Below, piece after piece: positions 57,931-64,000 of a DNA stretch of 64,000 nucleotides (position 1 is the stretch's first letter; each line of letters begins with the position of its first letter). Both the position numbers and the translations under genes were made by a program. The DNA comes from the human T2T-CHM13v2.0 reference genome, Homo sapiens. The notes beneath the pieces are model-generated. The model did not search any database and was not told where the DNA came from. It was given only the letters and a program-made list of their open reading frames with translations. Location: assembly GCF_009914755.1 (NCBI RefSeq), contig NC_060929.1; one strand, written 5' to 3'.

Positions 57931-60900
57931 GGCCACAGTAAACCTGCACCTTTTGGTTATCTTAGTTTCTTGGCCCCTGCAGGCTTTTAAATTGTCTGTC
58001 TTGCATTGAGCCTTCATGAAATAGAGAAAGGGTTCAAAAGTGGAGTGGTGGTAGGTGGGCACCTCCCCTACTCATATTTGACCCAGAAACAGTCCTTCCC
58101 AACAGAGCACTGGACACATGGCTTCCATATAAAGACTAGAATAGCTGCTGGGCTCAGGGCTTCCTCCCTAAAACTTGTCCATACCCTTTCTCAGATGTGA
58201 TCTCCCTTTCTCTGAACTTCCTTAGCCCCTTTGTCTGTACTCCTTCTCTGCCCTTTTTTATTTTCACCATTATGATTCTCATGTACTTGTCCTCTTTCCT
58301 GTATTTTGCTGAAAACTCTCTAAGGGTTGGGACCATATGTTTATGTGCTTGGCTTTTTGTTGTTCATGTAACTTTTTATTTGTGGTCCTTCACAGTACTT
58401 TAAAGTGGAGACTTGCACATGGAAGTTTCACATTCAACAAACATTTACTAAGTGCTCATATGCCAGGCATGGCACAAGGCACTAAGAATATGAGACACTA
58501 TCATGGCCTGAAGGATCTGACAGAACCCTGAAGGAAAGGACCACATTTGTTCATTTATTCATTTATTCAAACCACAAACACATACTGAGTGCTTACTTCA
58601 GGCCAGGCACCATGCTAGTTCCTGGGAAGCAAAATCAGACAAGATCCCTTGCCTCATTGTATTTACAGACTATACATTTTCAGTTGCCTAGGATTTAAAA
58701 AGTTGGCCTAGCCTGGGAGTTGGGCTTGGGAGGGCGGGGTGAGACTTGAGATTGAAGGGTGAGTAGAAGCTTATCAGATGATGGAGGAAGGTGGAAAAGA
58801 ATATTTGTTCCATGCTCATGCAGAAGAGTCAGCACATGTGAATGCCTTATGGTGGGAGAGAGGAGGCCCAGCTCACTGTCTAGGAAGAAGAATCAATGCG
58901 GCTGGACCTTACAGTGTTAAGTGCCGGGTAGTGGGAGATGAGGCTGGAGATGTAGGTAAGGGCCAGATTCCAATAGAAATAAGTACAATAAAGTGTACAG
59001 GTGCTAAAATAGAGGTGAGTACGTTGAGCCACTCAGTTATTGATTGGATTAATGCACAGGTAAGTGATTGTGTGGGTAACATTCTAGAAACTTAACATCT
59101 AATAGAGAAGATGGATAGGCTAATAGACATGTTATTATTGTTGTTGTGTAATCAGGAAGGGGCAGAATGGGTGTTGAACATTTCAGAGACCTGCAAACTC
59201 TACACTTTCTAGCACTAGCTACAGTAAGAAGAATCCTGTGAGCTCAGAGATTTATTAAAGAAGGATGGCTCTTCCCCCTCAAGCCTGACTAGAAAAGGAA
59301 TGGTTTTTTCCCCAGGTTTCCACAGTCCCAGAAAAGAGGAGGATTGTTGCCTGTGGAGGATTAGCTGAAATAGGTCCATAATGAGCCAGCTCTGAGTCAT
59401 TCACAGCACTTGGTACTTAACTGTGAGGAGCTGGACTTATTTTCTAAGCTCCGACCTCGCTGGTGTACCTCAAAGCTTCCGAGGCCAACAATTCTAGTAA
59501 GTGTGTTTTTTCTTCCTCACCCTCTGCTGCACTGAGGCTAACTGAAAGCTTCCTGCCCCTGTGTTGATATTCTAGGCCATGCCAATTGCAGGGCTTTCTC
59601 AGGCACACAATTGAAACCTAAAGCATCTTTGGTGAAAGCTCCCCTTCTACCCAGTGCCACTCTTAAGAATGGAGGAACTTTTGCCTCACAGAGTTTATTA
59701 TCATTGATCTCTGAAAATTATAGCTAAGAAATGTGAGACCCTGCTGCCCTTTGGGTGGGTGTTTTGTTTGTTTTGTTGTTGCCAATTGATCAGGTATTAA
59801 GAAGAGGAGTCTCTGCCACTCAGTGCTGGGTGTCTCCTCTATCACTTTGCTTGCTTTGTACTTTTGCCTGCAATGTCCTCCCTCCTTTCAAGGGTCGTGT
59901 CTTCCAGGAAGCCCTCCCCAGTAATGCTAGACCAACACTCCATCTCTTTCTTGACCTGCTCATAACTCTTACCAATTGCTCTGTACATTTTGGTATTTTA
60001 TTATATTGTTTATTTGTGGATTTTTTCAGATGCATATCTCTTGGTTCTTCATCAAGATTACCACTTGGTAGTAGGCCAATAAGTATTTGTTGAACATATT
60101 AATGACATGTAAAAGTCAAGGACAAGGACTAAGTTATATCAATCTTTGCTCGTTCCTATGTGCTGAGTCCATTGATGGGATCATATGAAATATTCAGTAA
60201 ATATTTTTGAAGCAAATTATTAATAAATCAACTGAAGTTAGACTGGAAAGTAGTGTACCACAGTGATTAAGAGCATAGAGTATGGAATCAGGCAACTCCA
60301 AGCTACCAGCTGAAGACATAGACAAGTTCAATAATTTCTCCGTGTGTCAGTCCTCACATGGAGTTTGCAGTGGTTTCCACTTAAAAAGATGTTGTTGAGA
60401 TTAAATAAGATAATGCCTATGCACAAAGCTAAACCACAGCTAAGATTATCTGCAGATGAAACTGTGAACAACTTTACTTATGAAGGTTGATGGTTTAAAC
60501 AGAGCTTTCAGAGTGTAGAAGGAAGCAAAGAAATGAAGAGTTTTGTGGGATCGTAGAATCAACCTCAAAACACAAAGTTTCAGGAACTATTCCCTGGTGG
60601 GTGACAGGTAAGAGATGGTGTAGGACAGACAGGATGTCACAGGCTAGTACTTCCCAAATTCACACCTGTCCTACCAAGCCAATGCAGTTATTCCTTTTTC
60701 ATTCCTTTTCTATCCTCTTAAAGAAAACTTTGATGGACTTTTTGTTTGATGGAATCTTAGACTGCCGGTTGTCTATCCTTGTTCAGCCCCTCTTGAACCC
60801 TTGCTAATTTCTTTTGTTGTGGATGAGAGCATTTGCTTCCATCTCTGATCCTTTGATAGATCGTTGCATTTCAACTAGAATTTAATTATAGGTCTGCTGT

Positions 60901-61679
60901 TTATTTTTTGACTATCTTTTATTTCATTTAATTAGTAATACTGTTTTTTATCTATTAATGTTTAGTTATATAATATTTCCTTTTACATTTATTTTTAGTA
61001 AAAAAAAAAGAAAGATCAAGTAAATAGGAGTCTAGAAGATTCATGGATCAATAAAATATCATCAAGGTGAAACACAAATGACCGATTAGAAAATCTGTGG
61101 GTTGATGATTAGAAGTGACCAGGTTCTGTACATACCAGTTCTGCCCTTAAGTAGATATGCAAACTTGGAAATTCATTTCACCTGCCTAAGCCTCCCATTT
61201 TCTGATCTATAAAGCAAATGAGCTGGACAAGAGAGAATTACCATGGTTCTGTCTAGCTTACATGTTCAGACAATTGGTTGGGGAAAGTGTCAGAAAATTC
61301 TCCTTGATGGTGGTGGTGGTGGAGGGCTGACTTGGCGTGGAAGGACCTGCTTTGCAGAAAGGTGGGCAGTGTTGAGGCTGAACAGGGGAATCATGCCAGA
61401 GACATGTAGAGTGTGTTTATTCTCTGAATATATTTATTCATGTTCATGAGCCCCAGGATGCAATCCTCATTTTAGGACTGAAAATGTTCATTTCAGACAC
61501 CCAGATTTGGAATTGGCAAGTAAATTGACACCAACATGTGGTCAATTCAGATACTTCTTTATTTCTCCTGATTTCCTTTCTTTATAACCTTGGAAAAATA
61601 ACGTTTTCACCCCTTTTAAAGAAAATGCCTTAGGTGGATCCAACTCTCTGTTTCCTGTCTATTATGCCAAGAACTGTCA

Positions 61680-61905
61680 TTTACCAAGCTTTTAGCATGT
61701 ACCAAGCACTCTGCAAAGCACTTTAAGCACAATAATATGCTTAATCTTGCAACAATTTGAAGAGGAAGATACTGCTATTATCCCTGTTTTACAATGAGGA
61801 AACTAGGGCTCAGACAGCTTGAGTGATTTGCTCAAGGTCAAATAACTTGTAAGAGGTAGAAATGGGATTCAAGTACATGTCTGTTGGATTCCAAAGCCTA
61901 TCCTC
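61680..61905 (-). mobile_element. MIR
   Basis: 'tattatccctgttttacaatgaggaaactagggctcaga...gtgatttgctcaaggtca...gggattcaa'. Confidence 0.85.
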
Positions 61906-62874
61906 TGAAACCCTTAAGTCATACATTGTTAGCATTTTTCATATCAGTTTTTTAAATGTTAAAGCAAAATTCAAAGTGTCAAAGATCAAAAATTGAGTTT
62001 CTTTTTTTAACTTAAATGCATTCAAGAAATGTTAACAGAATGGAATACTACCAGGTTATTAAAATAACAAGAACCTGGGCCATGCCAATGCACAAGAATG
62101 TTTATGTGAAATACCATTTGTGAAAACCAGTGTGAAGGGGAAGATACATACTAATTGCAATTCTGCAAAAGCATTTTCAATATACATTGGCGAAGGCTGT
62201 ACAGAACTTGAGGGATACAGATTGTTCAGAGTTTAATGTGTTTTAGACTTTTTTTCCTGCAAGTTATTTAATTCCTAATGTACAAAGAAGGAGTAAGGAA
62301 GTTATTTTTCATTTTGTTTTGTTTTGAGTAAACCTGAAATAATTCTTAAAGGATTCCAGCTGTGGCTGGACCTCTGGACTGACACATCATGGGCCCACCT
62401 AACGCATTTAGTGAGCAAGTGACTCCTGTTTGAGACCAGACTGAATTAAAAATCTTTCCTGGACTTCCCAGTCCCTTATTGTTTTGAGTCAACTCTACTG
62501 AATCAGAATTTTGAGAGAAGATTCCTCTTCCCAGAAGCTCATAAACATTTTGGGTAATCAACCTCAAGAAAAAATGCCATGTGCACATACATATGGTACT
62601 TTGGCAGTAATTACAGTGGACGCATGGGTCCCTAGGCAGGTGAAGGGGCCTACTAAGGAAATGCCTTCTGAAGACCCTGATTGGATAGTTGGAATGAAGT
62701 CATAGTGAACCTGAAAGGGTCTGGTCTCACGGCAAGAAGGCAGAGCTGTTTATTCTGGTGGCCTCTGCCGGTGAGGCCTTGAGGGTTTTACAAAGGTCTT
62801 CTGTGACTGTTTGATCTTCAGAACCACTTTCTGGCTGCACAGAGCAAATGATGCTGTGATTTTTAGAATGCAGA

Positions 62875-63115
62875 TTCTGGAGGCAGTGGCTGGGATTCAG
62901 ATGCCAAGTTTGTTACGTATATTACACATGTAAAAGTGGGCATGTCACTTAATTTTTTGAAGCCTCTGTCTCTTCCGTAAGGTGGAGATGATAATAATGA
63001 TGATGATAAGCAGGACTTTGGGTAGTTCACTGGCTGGCTGCAACAATTCAGTGGTACATGTTGGGTAAGCACTTAGCACAGTGCCTGTCACAGAGAAAAC
63101 TCTGAGTAAATGATA
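62875..63115 (+). mobile_element. MIR
   Basis: 'gggcatgtcacttaattttttgaagcctctgtctc...taagcacttagcacagtgcctgtcacagag'. Confidence 0.7.
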
Positions 63116-64000
63116 ACACATTTGCTTAAGATAATATAGCTAGTAGTGATCAGGGTTGAGCCTCTATCTCAGATCATTTGTCAACTCCAAGTCTACTTCT
63201 CCTTATTACAAATTATAATGCATTCATTTATTCATTTTCTAGCTATCTACTACATATAATTATATAGCTATATATAATTATATATTTTTTCCTTTTTTTC
63301 TCCTTTCACATAAATTAAGCATCTTTTCAGAGAAATCGGTAACCTGATCAGGAAGTATTTCTGTCAAGTCTTATTTCATAGCAAGATTAAAAGTTTTTTC
63401 TTAAGATATACTTGGAAAATTTTGTCATTTAATCAAGGACTTCGCTGTATGCCTACGTGGGATAAAGCTTGCCAATAACTTATGGAAAATTGCTGGTGAT
63501 TAATCCAGCCCCATTTCTGCCATGCTGCCCCTTGCTCTCTCCAATGGCCTCTTTCCCTGATCCTGCCCTTCCCAGTGTCTACAATGTGGATTCCTCCCCG
63601 CCCTCTTACCTCTCAGAGCTGGGTTCAAATGTTGCTTCCTCCATCTTTCCTCCTCGCTTCCCTGACCTCAGTCTTTCTCCCATCTCCACCAAGCTAGCAG
63701 TTGCTCTGCGGAAATTCTCACAAAATTGCATTCCTTCCCTTTATTGTACTTACCTCTGTTTGTAAGTAATTTGGGGGATTATTTGATTCATATCTGTTTT
63801 CCCCATCAGATTATAATGGACAGGAAAACAGGGCCTGGATATTGCATGTCCACTCTTGTGCTTAACTTCTGGTTGAAGCAACAAATAAATGATTTTGTTT
63901 GGGCACTGACTCTGTGCCCGGCCCCTAGAGTAACACATGCTCTCATCCTTACAGCAAATTTTCAGGCGGGCAGCATTTTCTTCATTCTATACTCCAAGGA

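Noticed and set aside
59010-59065. Two consensus donors (GAG|GTGAGT, CAG|GTAAGT)
   Set aside because: No convincing upstream acceptor; adjacent to L2-derived sequence.
63254-63284. AT-rich palindrome around TAGCTA
   Set aside because: Symmetry follows largely from (TA)n low complexity.

Overview
Primate (human-like) non-coding genomic DNA, intronic or intergenic and dense in interspersed repeats. It contains a 5'-truncated L1PA3-like element (+, ~2.9 kb, ORF2 RT region still open), a short L1PA5-like element (-), nine Alus, many MaLR/ERVL solo LTRs, hAT/Tigger/Mariner DNA-transposon fossils, old L1M fragments and many L2 and MIR fragments. I recognise no host protein-coding gene, RNA gene or CRISPR array, and cannot name the locus. 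The short ORFs in the track are repeat-derived or chance. Repeat family names come from recalled consensus sequences; boundaries of old elements are approximate. I found no demonstrably new biological system. The best leads are (i) a repeat-poorer 19-28 kb zone with + strand splice signals (a 7-nt microexon or recursive-splice-like site, a 26-nt microexon-like unit), a CCAAT-TATA-Inr arrangement, a strong CTCF motif and a nested palindrome, and (ii) several apparent DNA-repair scars (a 318-bp templated insertion, an iterative micro-duplication mosaic, a tandem duplication with filler, a tail-less L1 fragment) plus two structurally abnormal Alus.
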